Assembly (NCBI GenBank): GCA_963674745.2
Contig: CAXXDV010000003.1
Span: forward strand, 1,504,001-1,568,000
Length of the DNA: 64,000 bases
Reading direction: 5' to 3'
Source of the DNA: Desulfosudaceae bacterium
GTDB lineage: Bacteria; Desulfobacterota; Desulfobacteria; Desulfobacterales; Desulfosudaceae
Both the position numbers and the translations under genes were made by a program. Shown in pieces: positions 29,138 to 39,394 of this stretch (positions are counted from its first letter, which is position 1; each line of letters begins with the position of its first letter). The notes under the pieces are model-generated. The model saw only the letters and a list, made by a program, of their open reading frames with translations, did not search any database and was not told the DNA's origin.

Positions 29138-30253
29138 GTGTTAATTGTCAGACGAATAATGAAAATCAATCTTTCCACGTATATTCTGATTTTTTTAATG
29201 AAGATCAGCGATTCATCTCCAACCAGCAGTTTAACAGAGCTGCGCAAAAGAATTACAGCGGTCGTTGCCATCCTGATAACCTTGACGGCCCTGGTTTTTT
29301 TTGTTGTTTACCACTTTTACAACCAGCGCTTCCTTGTTGTCGCACTTGATAGTATTGGATTATCGCTGTGTTTACTGCTCCTGTTTTATCTTCGCAGAAC
29401 AGCAAATCCGTTCATTGTTTACCTGGCGATATGCGGATTTCTTATGGGGATGTTTGGTATAACGACGTTCCTGGGAAGAACCGACATCTCATACTTTCTC
29501 TGGTCTTTCGTTCTTCCCATCGCATGTTTTTCGCTTCTGGGCGCTGTTAGAGGCGTGATGGTAACCATGGCCTATTTTTTTATCAGCCTCTTTCTGATGA
29601 CAGCGCCGGAAAACATACTGTCGTCAAGCCCCTATGATTCTTCCGTCGTCTCCCGCTATTGTGTCATCTACCTTATCATCACCCTGGCATCTTACTATTA
29701 CGAATCGTCACAAAAAATGATGTTCATGCAACTTCAGCAGGAAAAGAACAAATACGAGAGAGATTCAAAGCTGGATCCGTTGACCGAAATCTTCAATCGC
29801 AGAGAAATGCTCGCAAGAATGCAAAATGAGCAGAAGCGTCAGCTCCGGCACGGATATCCTTTTACGCTCATCATCGGTGACATTGATTATTTCAAAAACG
29901 TAAATGATACCTTCGGACATGAGCAGGGTGATCATGTGCTAAAAAGGCTGGCACGGATAATGAAAGACCAGATTCGCAACATTGACTGCATCTGCCGATG
30001 GGGAGGCGAAGAGTTTCTCATCATGCTGGTGGAGACAGACCTTGATGATGGACAGAGAGTCGCCGAACGGATACGAAAAAATATTGAAACCGCTGAATTC
30101 GAATTCAAGGATTTAAAGATTAACGTTACCATTACATGCGGCCTGAGTACCCATCATGGGGCAGACGACACGATTGAGTCATGCATTAAGCGAGCTGATC
30201 AGGCGCTTTACCAGGGAAAGACGCAGGGAAAAAACAGAGTTGTTGCTGCGTAA
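29138..30253 (+). CDS. Membrane-bound diguanylate cyclase
   Basis: N-terminal TM helices; 'DPLTEIFNRR', 'DIDYFKNVNDTFGH', RWGGEEF. True start probably downstream (29159/29198). Confidence 0.9.
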   Translation: MLIVRRIMKINLSTYILIFLMKISDSSPTSSLTELRKRITAVVAILITLTALVFFVVYHFYNQRFLVVALDSIGLSLCLLLLFYLRRTANPFIVYLAICGFLMGMFGITTFLGRTDISYFLWSFVLPIACFSLLGAVRGVMVTMAYFFISLFLMTAPENILSSSPYDSSVVSRYCVIYLIITLASYYYESSQKMMFMQLQQEKNKYERDSKLDPLTEIFNRREMLARMQNEQKRQLRHGYPFTLIIGDIDYFKNVNDTFGHEQGDHVLKRLARIMKDQIRNIDCICRWGGEEFLIMLVETDLDDGQRVAERIRKNIETAEFEFKDLKINVTITCGLSTHHGADDTIESCIKRADQALYQGKTQGKNRVVAA

Positions 30254-30260
30254 GATCTAA

Positions 30261-30461
30261 CTATCCTGCGGCCTTTTCAGAAGCAGACGGACCGTTTTCA
30301 ATATCAGAATCGTCGGCTGTTTCTGGCGTCACATCCGTTTCAGCGTTTGCGGCGGATGCGTCCTCTTTTTTTGCCAGCCGGTGCAGCCTTTTTTCCTCCT
30401 GCTTCATTTTCTTTTTCAAATCTTTCTGGCGTTTTTTAAAACTGTAATGGGATTTTGCCAT
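30261..30461 (-). CDS. Small Lys-rich/acidic-tail hypothetical protein downstream of the cold-shock gene
   Basis: RBS GGAGG; 'YSFKKRQKDLKKKMKQEEKR'. Confidence 0.65.
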   Translation of the reverse strand: MAKSHYSFKKRQKDLKKKMKQEEKRLHRLAKKEDASAANAETDVTPETADDSDIENGPSASEKAAG

Positions 30462-30547
30462 GGGACGACCTCCCTGATTTTCTGCAAAATTTACACCGAT
30501 CCGGGATACAAAATAGATTACGACCGGATTAATTTGCCTGTAAGGAT

Positions 30548-30584
30548 AAAAAAAGGCACCCCCCGATATACAGGGGGCGCCTTT
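30548..30584 (-). terminator. Rho-independent terminator after the cold-shock gene
   Basis: Minus strand AAAGGCGCCCCC-loop-GGGGGTGCCTTT followed by a T run. Confidence 0.75.
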
Positions 30585-30604
30585 GAGTGCTTGATAAAAT
30601 TTAT

Positions 30605-30805
30605 TTAGACAGCGGTGACATTTACAGCAGACGGGCCTTTGGGTCCATCTTCGACTTCAAATGTAACTTTTGCACCTTCGTCGAGGGATTTAAAACCGGT
30701 TGCATTAATTGCGGTGTGATGCACAAATACATCCGAGCCGTCTTCCTGCTCGATGAAACCATATCCTTTGCTATCATTGAACCACTTAACTGTTCCATTT
30801 TTCAT
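30605..30805 (-). CDS. Cold-shock protein (CspA family)
   Basis: '[18 protein letters not shown]...DVFVHH'; RBS AAGGAGG before ATG 30805. Confidence 0.95.
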   Translation of the reverse strand: MKNGTVKWFNDSKGYGFIEQEDGSDVFVHHTAINATGFKSLDEGAKVTFEVEDGPKGPSAVNVTAV

Positions 30806-31082
30806 AATACCATCCTCCTTTCTTAAAATTTCAATGTTACTAACTGAAGGATGATATCGATTAAAAACGAACATTTCCTGCAGCAAGAACCTCTTCCGCC
30901 GAATTTCAGCGAAATTTTATTGATGGGGCATAATAAGCATTAAAAAAGGTAATAGCAAGATAAATCTTTATTTTTAAAAAAATAAAACCATCAAAAATGC
31001 CCTTTCTCATGATTTGACCAACGAAGTACCGAACTGGGGTCGCACCAAGACAACTTACTGATTTCCAACTATATACGCCTGA

Positions 31083-31157
31083 AAAGCACCGTAAAATAAG
31101 GCTTAGAGTGTTCTTTTTGATCTTAAAAACGGTACTTTAAGCCTTATTGTGATGATT
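31083..31157. repeat. Family E repeat arranged as a hairpin
   Basis: AATAAGGCTTAGAGT ... ACTTTAAGCCTTATT (14/15 inverted match); overlaps the stop of the 31137 kinase. Confidence 0.6.
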
Positions 31158-32504
31158 CCCGGATCGGGGCGGTATGCGGGACAATTCCTTTTCAAGGGTC
31201 TGGCGGATTTTATCAATGGTGTAAGGCTTCTGAATAAAACTACCCGCGCCCATGCCCTTGGCGGCGGCCATATCTTCTGTTTCGGTATATCCGCTGACAA
31301 TGATGGCTTTCTGCCCGGGAACCCTTTCCAGGATGCGTTTGTATGTTTCGCGGCCGTTCATGCCATGGGAAAGAATCATATCAAGCAGGACCAGGTCGAA
31401 AGACTGCGTTTGAACGCAGGCGACGGCTTCCTCGCCGCTCTGAACCGCCAAAGGCGAATACCCCAGTGTTTTCAAAATCTCGCACAGTAATTTCCTCTGG
31501 AGCGGTTCATCGTCCACCACCAGAATGCGCTGCCCGCAGCCCCTGCCTGCAGCAACGGGCGGAATCCCCTTTTCTTCCTTAGGGTTCTCAGTCACGGGGA
31601 AAAAGCATTCAAACCGGGACCCCTGTTCACCGCTGACAATGTTGACATACCCCCGGTGATCCCGGATGATGTTCCAAACAATCGTCAGTCCCAGCCCCGT
31701 CCCGCTCTTGCCCATGATCTTGGTTGAGTAAAACGGCTCAAAGACGCGCTCCAGATGGTCCGGCGAGATACCGGAACCGGTGTCGGAAACCGACAGAACC
31801 ACATATTCGCCCTTTTCAATCTGTTCATAACCGGACAGGGGGCTGTAAAGGCGGAGATTTTTCGTACAGATACCGATATTCCCTTTCCCATCCACGGCTT
31901 CCACGGCGTTCATGACGAAGTTCAACAGCAGCTTGAACATGCTGATTTTCGAGGCCTCGATATGCCTGAGTTCGGGATCCAGGTCGGCCTGGATCCTTAT
32001 GTCGGGGGCGGCGTCACGGATGCAGGTAAATTCGGGGGTCAGTAAAAATTCGTCAATCATGTCGTTCAAAACAAGGGGGCTCTTTTCCGAGTCAACCCCT
32101 CTGGCGAGACTCATCAGGTCATTGACCACGGCGGCCGCCCGTACCGCCGCCCCCCGGATGACCTCCAGACCCTTTCTTGTTTTTTCGGAGATGGAGGCGT
32201 CCATAAGCAGCAGTTCAGGATAGGTCAGAATGCCGGACAGGATATTGTTCAAATCGTGGGCCACGCCCCCGGCCAGAAGGCCCAGGGCCTCCATCTTTTT
32301 CAGCCGGTGTACTTTCTCCTGGAGCTCCTTGATTTCCTCGATGGATGCCTTGATGTCATCCGTCATCATTTTCACGGCGATGGTAAGCGCATCCAGTTCA
32401 TCGTTCCGGTCCGACACGGTCAGACCGTCTTCATAATCGCCCCGGGCAATCCCCATCGTATGCCGGATCAGCTGATCAATTCTTGTTTTTTCACTCTTGT
32501 TCAT
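31137..32504 (-). CDS. Cytoplasmic hybrid histidine kinase (HAMP-like, HisKA, HATPase, REC)
   Basis: 'LAGGVAHDLNNIL', 'FEPFYSTK...GTGLGL', 'VVDDE...LLDM'. Confidence 0.9.
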   Translation of the reverse strand: MNKSEKTRIDQLIRHTMGIARGDYEDGLTVSDRNDELDALTIAVKMMTDDIKASIEEIKELQEKVHRLKKMEALGLLAGGVAHDLNNILSGILTYPELLLMDASISEKTRKGLEVIRGAAVRAAAVVNDLMSLARGVDSEKSPLVLNDMIDEFLLTPEFTCIRDAAPDIRIQADLDPELRHIEASKISMFKLLLNFVMNAVEAVDGKGNIGICTKNLRLYSPLSGYEQIEKGEYVVLSVSDTGSGISPDHLERVFEPFYSTKIMGKSGTGLGLTIVWNIIRDHRGYVNIVSGEQGSRFECFFPVTENPKEEKGIPPVAAGRGCGQRILVVDDEPLQRKLLCEILKTLGYSPLAVQSGEEAVACVQTQSFDLVLLDMILSHGMNGRETYKRILERVPGQKAIIVSGYTETEDMAAAKGMGAGSFIQKPYTIDKIRQTLEKELSRIPPRSGNHHNKA

Positions 32505-32535
32505 ATGATCTCGATAAAAGGCTACAGATACCGCT

Positions 32536-32940
32536 TCACGCAGGCCTGAGCCATTCCATGGCGTCTTCCCGGGTTTTGAAAAACGTCATGTTTTTGTTTC
32601 TCGAAATACCCATGACAAAGGAAGCGATGACCATGGACACGGGATGCATTCCGAAAAGGGCGACCTTCCGGCATTTGCCCGTTTCGGAAAAGGCCTTGAA
32701 CAACTTTCTCGACCTGGAAGACGTTTTCCCCGCACGGTTAAGATCGATCAGCAAGTCAATCTCACCGTCAACATCCTCAACCATACGATTGATCATACGG
32801 TCAATTTCAATACCCATTTCATCGTCGGCATCGCCATTCAAGGTAACATAAAAAATGTTATCGTCGCCGATCAGGTAGTGGTGTTCCGCCGCCCAAAATT
32901 CCCGATCGCTGATTTGATTGATCATGAAACCCTTTTTCAT
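32536..32940 (-). CDS. STAS/SEC14 (SpoIIAA-like) domain protein
   Basis: 'LLIDL', 'KVALFG', C-terminal 'FFKTREDAMEWL'. Confidence 0.75.
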   Translation of the reverse strand: MKKGFMINQISDREFWAAEHHYLIGDDNIFYVTLNGDADDEMGIEIDRMINRMVEDVDGEIDLLIDLNRAGKTSSRSRKLFKAFSETGKCRKVALFGMHPVSMVIASFVMGISRNKNMTFFKTREDAMEWLRPA

Positions 32941-33046
32941 TTATACAATTCCATTTAATAGATTTGAATGCCGGATGTATATATGGATATGGCGTTTTAA
33001 TTTTCAACATCTATAACAGGGGCTGTCCTTTATGACAACGTTTTTG

Positions 33047-33078
33047 AATTCCGGGGACAGAATTCAGTATACTAATTT
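33047..33078. repeat. Family A REP-like copy
   Basis: GAATTCCGGGGACAG...CAGTATACTAATT. Confidence 0.6.
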
Positions 33079-33503
33079 GTTTATTCCGCTAATTGCCCAG
33101 GATCTCCTGCCAGGAATGATCAATACTTACTGCAATGGCCATAAAGCACATCATGGAACAGAGATGCGATGTGAGGGCGGGAAAGAATGATTTTAAAGTA
33201 CAGATGTTTTTTTTGTATTATACCTTCCACCTTGAATGTTATTAAAACGATAATAAATATAGAAGGGGCCAGGAGTCCGGGCTCAAAAAAACGCGTAGAA
33301 TTATCATTATTAGGCACTATTTATAACCATTAAAAAGCAAAATTAACCCTCTATGTATTTGTCAATCTTGTCGGATGGGTGTGATCTGACTGGTCTTCTG
33401 TTAATATTTATGATAATAATACGTTTTTATGATAAAAGCTTAAAATCATAATCATAAATTCGATTGTTTTTACAGCTTCATCTACCCGGAGAGAGGTCAT
33501 CTA

Positions 33504-35723
33504 ATGAACAGATTTACCCGCAAACCTTCCAGGCCAATACGCTCAACACTCCTGCTGATACTTGCATTCTGTTTTATTTTTGACGTGGGGTTTTTCACTT
33601 CCGACTCGGCGGCAATCGCCATTGACCCAACGCCATTTTTTTCCAAATCTTTTGCGCCCAATCCTGCCGGGCTCGGCACTGTCAGCACCCTGAGCTTCAC
33701 CATTGACAATTCCGCCAGCGCCAGCGCTGCCACCGGACTGGGTTTTACCGACAACCTCCCGGCCGGTTTGCTTGTGGCCACCCCACCCAATGCATCCACC
33801 ACCTGTACCGGCGGAACAATCACTGCAGTAGCCGGTTCAAGCGCCATCACCTATACCGGCGGTAGTGTTGCGGCCGGCGCATCCTGCACCGTACAGGTTG
33901 ATGTCGTCAGCAGTGCGACCGGTTTTCTGGTCAACACCACCGGCGATTTAACCTCTTCGGCAGGAAACAGCGGCCCGGCCACCGATACCCTGGCAGTGGA
34001 TCCGGCACCCGCTTTTTCCAAAAACTTTGCGCCCGATAAAATTGCCATTGGCGGTGTCAGCACCCTGACCTTCGCCATTGACAATTCACTCAGCACCTCT
34101 GCCGCCACCGGACTTGATTTTACCGACAACCTCCCGGCCGCGGTTGTCATTGCCACGCCAGCCAACGCCTCGACCGACTGTACCGGCGGAACGCTGACAG
34201 CGACAGACGGCACCAACGTCATCACCTACACCGGCGGCAGTGTTGCTGCCGGCGCATCCTGCACTGTATCCGTTGACGTCACTTCCAGCACAGCCGGCAG
34301 CCATGTTAATACTTCGGGCGATTTAACCTCGAGCCTCGGAAACAGCGGCTCGGCCAACGATACATTGCAGGTAAACCCTCCGCCCGGTTTTTCCAAAACC
34401 TTTGGGCCTAATCCGATTTTAACAAACGGAACCAGTACCCTGACCTTTACCATTGATAACTCCGGAAGCACTGCTGCCGCTACAGCCCTGGATTTTACCG
34501 ACAACCTCCCGGCAGAAATTGTCATTGTCACGCCATCCAACGCCTCGACCGACTGTACCGGCGGAACGCTGACAGCGACAGACGGCACCAACGTCATCAC
34601 CTACACCGGCGGCAGTGTTGCTGCCGGCGTATCCTGCACCGTATCCGTTGACGTCACTTCCAGCACAGACGGCAGCCATGTCAATACAACAGGCGCTTTA
34701 ACCTCAAGCCTCGGAACCAGCGGCACGGCCAACGACACGCTGACGGTTGCCAGTCCGACATCCGGCCGATATCTGCTGTCGGTCTTTAAATCAGGAGATG
34801 GCAGCGGGACCGTCACCAGCACCAACATACCGGGGATCAATTGCGGCCCGGACTGCGGGCAATACGCCAATCCCAGGTCAACGATTTCCTTAAACGCCGT
34901 CCCGGACGAGGGAAGCGTATTCGAAGGCTGGTCCGGTGTCTGTACCGGGACAGGCGGATGCACGGTCTATATGAATGGAAACCGGACGGTTACCGCCGCC
35001 TTCAGCAGGACGGACAGTGACGGTGACGGCACACCCGATGACAAGGACCGCTGCCCCAACGATCCTGGCAAGATCGAACCGGGCGCCTGCGGTTGCGGTA
35101 TGCCCGATGATGATAATGACAATAACGGTATACCGGATTGCCTGGATACGGATGACAGCGATATTCCCGAAGACCTGGACATGGACGGCGACGGCATTCC
35201 CGACCGTGACCAGGATGACCTGCGGGTGGTGGCCGGCGGCGCTGACGGCGATTTGTTTATCGGCATCGCAGCCCCGCCCGGGGTTGACCTGGCGTTTCTG
35301 GAGTGGGTCGATCCATCAACCATTGACGACACCGTCAACCGTCCGGACCGTTTACCCCTGGGGCTGATAAGCTTCCGCGGCATGACGGCAAACCCGGGAG
35401 ATACCGTCGAACTCGTCATCTACTTCTCGGAACCGATCCCCGAAGACGCGGTCTGGTATAAGTATGACCCGGTTAACGGCTGGTACGATTTTTCAGATTA
35501 TGTCGTTATCAGCAACGACCGGATGTCATTGACCATCCTGATTCAGGACGGCGGTCCCGGTGACGCGGATGGTGAGGTCAACGGTGTATTTGACGATCCT
35601 TCCGGTCCGGGTTTGTTTAATACTGATGACAACGGCCTTGACGATGATACCACGCCTGTTACGCCCGGCAGCAGCGGCGGCAGCGGCGGCGGGTGCTTTC
35701 TGAAAGCCGCGGAAAGCGAGTAA
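33504..35723 (+). CDS. Secreted/surface protein: three DUF11-like repeats, InlB B-repeat-like domain, TSP3-like Ca-binding repeats, choice-of-anchor-U-like domain, GGGCF C-terminal motif
   Basis: Signal peptide; 125 aa repeats 'FSKxFxP...FTDNLP...CTV.VDV'; 'GSVFEGWSG.CTGTGGC'; 'DGGPGDADG.VNG...DPSGP'; 'GGSGGGCFL'. Confidence 0.8.
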   Translation: MNRFTRKPSRPIRSTLLLILAFCFIFDVGFFTSDSAAIAIDPTPFFSKSFAPNPAGLGTVSTLSFTIDNSASASAATGLGFTDNLPAGLLVATPPNASTTCTGGTITAVAGSSAITYTGGSVAAGASCTVQVDVVSSATGFLVNTTGDLTSSAGNSGPATDTLAVDPAPAFSKNFAPDKIAIGGVSTLTFAIDNSLSTSAATGLDFTDNLPAAVVIATPANASTDCTGGTLTATDGTNVITYTGGSVAAGASCTVSVDVTSSTAGSHVNTSGDLTSSLGNSGSANDTLQVNPPPGFSKTFGPNPILTNGTSTLTFTIDNSGSTAAATALDFTDNLPAEIVIVTPSNASTDCTGGTLTATDGTNVITYTGGSVAAGVSCTVSVDVTSSTDGSHVNTTGALTSSLGTSGTANDTLTVASPTSGRYLLSVFKSGDGSGTVTSTNIPGINCGPDCGQYANPRSTISLNAVPDEGSVFEGWSGVCTGTGGCTVYMNGNRTVTAAFSRTDSDGDGTPDDKDRCPNDPGKIEPGACGCGMPDDDNDNNGIPDCLDTDDSDIPEDLDMDGDGIPDRDQDDLRVVAGGADGDLFIGIAAPPGVDLAFLEWVDPSTIDDTVNRPDRLPLGLISFRGMTANPGDTVELVIYFSEPIPEDAVWYKYDPVNGWYDFSDYVVISNDRMSLTILIQDGGPGDADGEVNGVFDDPSGPGLFNTDDNGLDDDTTPVTPGSSGGSGGGCFLKAAESE
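33636..34755 (+). repeat. Three intragenic tandem repeats with a 375 bp period
   Basis: Units start at ~33636, 34011 and 34386; units 2 and 3 share long identical DNA stretches. Confidence 0.85.
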
Positions 35724-35764
35724 AGACGGTTTGATGCCCGGTAATCGGTAGCTCAGACAAAATC

Positions 35765-36031
35765 ATGTTCAGCTATGTTTTTATGAAAATCCTGGAAGGC
35801 CGGCCGCGTTCCTATGACAAGGTCATGAACATGGCTTCGTCCGGGCGGGTTCTGCAAATAAAGCAATCCGTGGCTGCCCGGGTTCCGGCCGGCGCCCGGG
35901 TGCTGGAGATCGGCTGTGGTACCGGAGAGCTGGCTGTCATGTGCCTTTCACACGGGGCGATGGTGGACGGGTTTGACCTCGACCCGACCATGATCGAGGC
36001 CGGGTCAACCTACTCTGGCATCAAGTGTTGA
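35765..36031 (+). pseudogene. Truncated class I SAM-dependent methyltransferase
   Basis: 'RVLEIGCGTG...GFDLDPTMI' followed by a stop at 88 aa, abutting a convergent gene. Confidence 0.65.
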
Positions 36032-36034
36032 TTT

Positions 36035-36715
36035 TTACCGCATCATCATTCCGGTGCCTGGTGTCGTTACCAGGCCTTTCAGCCGTTCCTTGCAGGCCCC
36101 ATAATCACCGATAAATCTGGTAATATCGGAAATGATCTGATCAAACCTTCTCTTTATGTCATTTGCCTTTGCCTGTTGAACAAGCAGGTGATTCTGCAGG
36201 GCGCTGCTCTCTGTCTGGCTGAATTTATTCTTCAGACAGTATTCTGTCACTTTCTGATTCATATCTCTCAGGTAAGCTTGAATATTCTTCAAACAGGCCA
36301 GGTTTTTCCCGGAATTGGCACTGGCTCTATAGACATTTTCAGGAAAATGATCACAGCTCCTGGTAGAACCAGGGATCATCATGGATTCTGGTGAGCATCC
36401 AGGCTGCATGGGATACTCAAACCCCAGCGATGATGCCCTGGTCCTGGAGCCCGTGGGCTCGTCCCCTTTTTCGTCCCGCTTTAAATCCCCCAAAGTGACG
36501 GTACATTGTTGTGCCTTGAAATTAATCCGTTTAACCATTTCGGCAATATTACCGATTACCGCAAGACCATCCTTTTGATTTTGTTGGGCAGCAATCAGGT
36601 ATTTGTTCATATTGCGAAGAACCGGATCGCCGGCATCTGTCTCACTGCCAAAAAGCACGGCCGGAATAATTACCAACCCAAGAATTACTGTTGAATATGT
36701 AAACTTTTTGTTCAT
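36035..36715 (-). CDS. Hypothetical secreted protein
   Basis: Signal-peptide-like N-terminus after a G-rich RBS; six Cys. Confidence 0.6.
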   Translation of the reverse strand: MNKKFTYSTVILGLVIIPAVLFGSETDAGDPVLRNMNKYLIAAQQNQKDGLAVIGNIAEMVKRINFKAQQCTVTLGDLKRDEKGDEPTGSRTRASSLGFEYPMQPGCSPESMMIPGSTRSCDHFPENVYRASANSGKNLACLKNIQAYLRDMNQKVTEYCLKNKFSQTESSALQNHLLVQQAKANDIKRRFDQIISDITRFIGDYGACKERLKGLVTTPGTGMMMR

Positions 36716-37040
36716 TCCCCCCCCTTTTTTTAACATATTATATAAAAGATCGACGAAAACAGCTCACATCCCGTTAAAACGGTAAAAGGTTATACTTTCC
36801 CAACGTGTTTGCTCTTGATGTTTTGCAGTTTATGAAGGTCTTTATCCTGTTAGCGTGAACCTGGAACGCCGGACAGGAAGCGGTCACCACCATTATCGAT
36901 CAGGAATAGAGAAAGAGAAAAAGTTTATTTTTTGACTATAATCTATTGCAAAATCGGCCTTTTGTGTCAATATTAATAAATAGAAAGAAGGATGAAGGAT
37001 ACGCGTGGGTGACTTAATCAAAACAGGGAGGAAAAAATTA

Positions 37041-37493
37041 ATGGAAAGAAGCATAAAAGCCAGATGCATACTTGGGTTGGTTTTCTTTGTTGTGATAACG
37101 ATTGGATTCTGGGCCGGCCAGGATACATCGTATGCAGGCGGCGGGATCAACTACAAGGTCACGGTACAGAACCCGACCGATCTTCAATGCAGAGTCACCG
37201 TATGGGTAGACAAAGTAACTAAAGCGGGAAACATGGGTGAGAAAACAATACCTGCCGGCGGTTCTGGGACCTGGGAAACCGGAGCCTGGTGTCCTATTGG
37301 CGCAACAGGAAAAATCTACAGCACCGCAGACAGCAATTGGCTTAAAATGCAGGATACCAATTGTTACGGCAACAAAATGAGCATGGAATGGGCGCCTGCC
37401 TGCTGTTGGAACACCACCCTGGAGGTTACCAGAAAGGTCGGTGTCGGCTATCCCAATGTGCGTGATGAAGACTACGGGTTCTCTAAAAAATAA
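37041..37493 (+). CDS. Hypothetical secreted Cys/Trp-rich protein
   Basis: RBS GGGAGG; signal-peptide-like N-terminus; 'GAWCP', 'ACCWN'. Confidence 0.65.
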   Translation: MERSIKARCILGLVFFVVITIGFWAGQDTSYAGGGINYKVTVQNPTDLQCRVTVWVDKVTKAGNMGEKTIPAGGSGTWETGAWCPIGATGKIYSTADSNWLKMQDTNCYGNKMSMEWAPACCWNTTLEVTRKVGVGYPNVRDEDYGFSKK

Positions 37494-37546
37494 GACCCCG
37501 ATCCGGATTTCATTTTGTTTCAGCGACATATCCCGTTCTTACTAAC

Positions 37547-37603
37547 GTAGGCCCCTCCTGTGGCTGCCCTTTCATCAGGCGGCAACAGGGGGCCGCCCCT
37601 ACA
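37547..37603. repeat. GTAG-type REP doublet (family C)
   Basis: GTAGG...GGGGGCCGCCCCTAC; sister copy at 47834-47894. Confidence 0.7.
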
Positions 37604-37683
37604 ACATCCAACGCAGCCCTCCGCCTTGCGGCATGGGACTTTTTACGAAGCCATCACATCTTCATTGCAAAAACCCCCCTCTT

Positions 37684-39213
37684 ATGCAAAAAAACACCAT
37701 GCTGCTTATTAATCCACCGGTCGTAAAACCGTGCGAACCGCCACCCGGCCTGGCAAAACTGGCCGGCGCCTTAAAAAACCATGGCATCGACCATCAGGTA
37801 ATCGATGCCAACATTGAAGGCCTGTCGTTTCTTCTTGAAAATGCTGCCATACAGCCGGAGACACCGGTAAACACCTCGATCAAAAGAGCCCGTTCTCACC
37901 TTCGTTCAAATATCAAATCACTGCAAGGGCCGGATGTTTATCAAAAACCGGATACCTATAAACAGGCGGTTCTGGATATCAACAGAATACTCGATACATT
38001 ATCCAATCCGTTTGACGTTAAACTGGGATTGGCCAATTACCAGGACCGGCATTTATCCCCTGTCAGAAGCCGGGATTTGATCAAGGCCTTCCACAACCCG
38101 GAAAAGAATATATTCCACCCCTATTTCGAAACCCGCCTGGCCCCGATGGCCGAAAACAGGTCCTGTAAAACAGTCGGCATTTCCTTAAACTTCCTGAGCC
38201 AGGCATTATGCACGTTTGCCATGATCGGTTTTTTAAAGCAAAAGGACCCCGGTCTTAAAATTATTCTCGGCGGCGGACTGGTCACCTCATGGGTACGCGG
38301 GTTGAACCGGCACAATCCGTTTACAGGCATTGTGGATGAATTCATTGCCGGGCCCGGAGAAAACAGGCTGTTGTCCATGTTTGGTGTGACGGATATACAG
38401 GATCATTATCAACCGGATTATGATCAATTCCGGTCTTATCCATATCTGTCCCCGGGTTTCATCCTGCCTTACAGTTCCGCCAGCGGCTGCTACTGGAACC
38501 GTTGTTCCTTCTGCCCGGAAAAAGCGGAAAAAAATCCCTTTCTTCCCATAGCCATCAATACCGTTATGACGGATCTTGAATTTTTATCAGCGCAGACAAA
38601 ACCCATACTGCTCCATTTGACGGATAATGCCGTCCGCCCTGCCCTTTTAAAAACCATGGCTGAGCATCCTATACACACACCCTGGTACGGATTTGTAAGA
38701 TTCACATCCCACCTGACAGATCTTGATTTTTGTTTGGCCTTAAAAGCATCCGGATGCGTCATGCTGAAACTCGGCCTTGAATCAGGTGACCAGGATATTC
38801 TGGATTGCATGAACAAAGGGATTGATCTTACGCTGGTTTCGGCGGCGCTGGCGGCACTGAAAAAAGCAGGCATCAAAACGTATATCTACCTGCTTTTCGG
38901 AACGCCTTCGGAAAATTACACTTCCGCCCAAAAGACCCTTGATTTTATTATTCACCACCAGGGACAAATCGATTACCTGAATCTGGCCGTCTTTAACCTG
39001 CCGGCTTACGGCCCTGATGCGGAAAAGCTGGATACCGGAAATTTCTATGAAGGCGATCTTTCGCTTTACAGCGCTTTTTCTCATCCCGAAGGATGGCATC
39101 GGAACCAGGTCAGGCAGTTTCTGGATAAAGAATTTAAACGAAATCCCGATGTCGCTTCTATTCTCAGAAAAAACCCGCCGGTGTTTACGTCAAATCATGC
39201 GCCGTTCTTTTAG
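37684..39213 (+). CDS. B12-binding radical SAM protein
   Basis: 'LLINPP', CYWNRCSFC, 'KLGLESG', 'YLLFGTP'. Confidence 0.88.
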   Translation: MQKNTMLLINPPVVKPCEPPPGLAKLAGALKNHGIDHQVIDANIEGLSFLLENAAIQPETPVNTSIKRARSHLRSNIKSLQGPDVYQKPDTYKQAVLDINRILDTLSNPFDVKLGLANYQDRHLSPVRSRDLIKAFHNPEKNIFHPYFETRLAPMAENRSCKTVGISLNFLSQALCTFAMIGFLKQKDPGLKIILGGGLVTSWVRGLNRHNPFTGIVDEFIAGPGENRLLSMFGVTDIQDHYQPDYDQFRSYPYLSPGFILPYSSASGCYWNRCSFCPEKAEKNPFLPIAINTVMTDLEFLSAQTKPILLHLTDNAVRPALLKTMAEHPIHTPWYGFVRFTSHLTDLDFCLALKASGCVMLKLGLESGDQDILDCMNKGIDLTLVSAALAALKKAGIKTYIYLLFGTPSENYTSAQKTLDFIIHHQGQIDYLNLAVFNLPAYGPDAEKLDTGNFYEGDLSLYSAFSHPEGWHRNQVRQFLDKEFKRNPDVASILRKNPPVFTSNHAPFF

Positions 39214-39394
39214 AACCGTAAAAGAGCGGTGACCCGCCGGAAAGGTTGTAAAAAAAACGAAAAAAGTGTATTTTAGGGAAAATTATCTCCTTTAATCAAA
39301 CTATCCGATTGGCTGCTCAAGCCATTAATATAAAAAGCTTTATCGCCAATAAGTTGGTTTTTGGAGATCAGGTTTTTATAAAGGAGGAAAACTG

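Noticed and set aside
33497..34963. Four similar minus-strand ORFs of ~120 aa
   Set aside because: Antisense reflections of the 375 bp repeats in the surface protein
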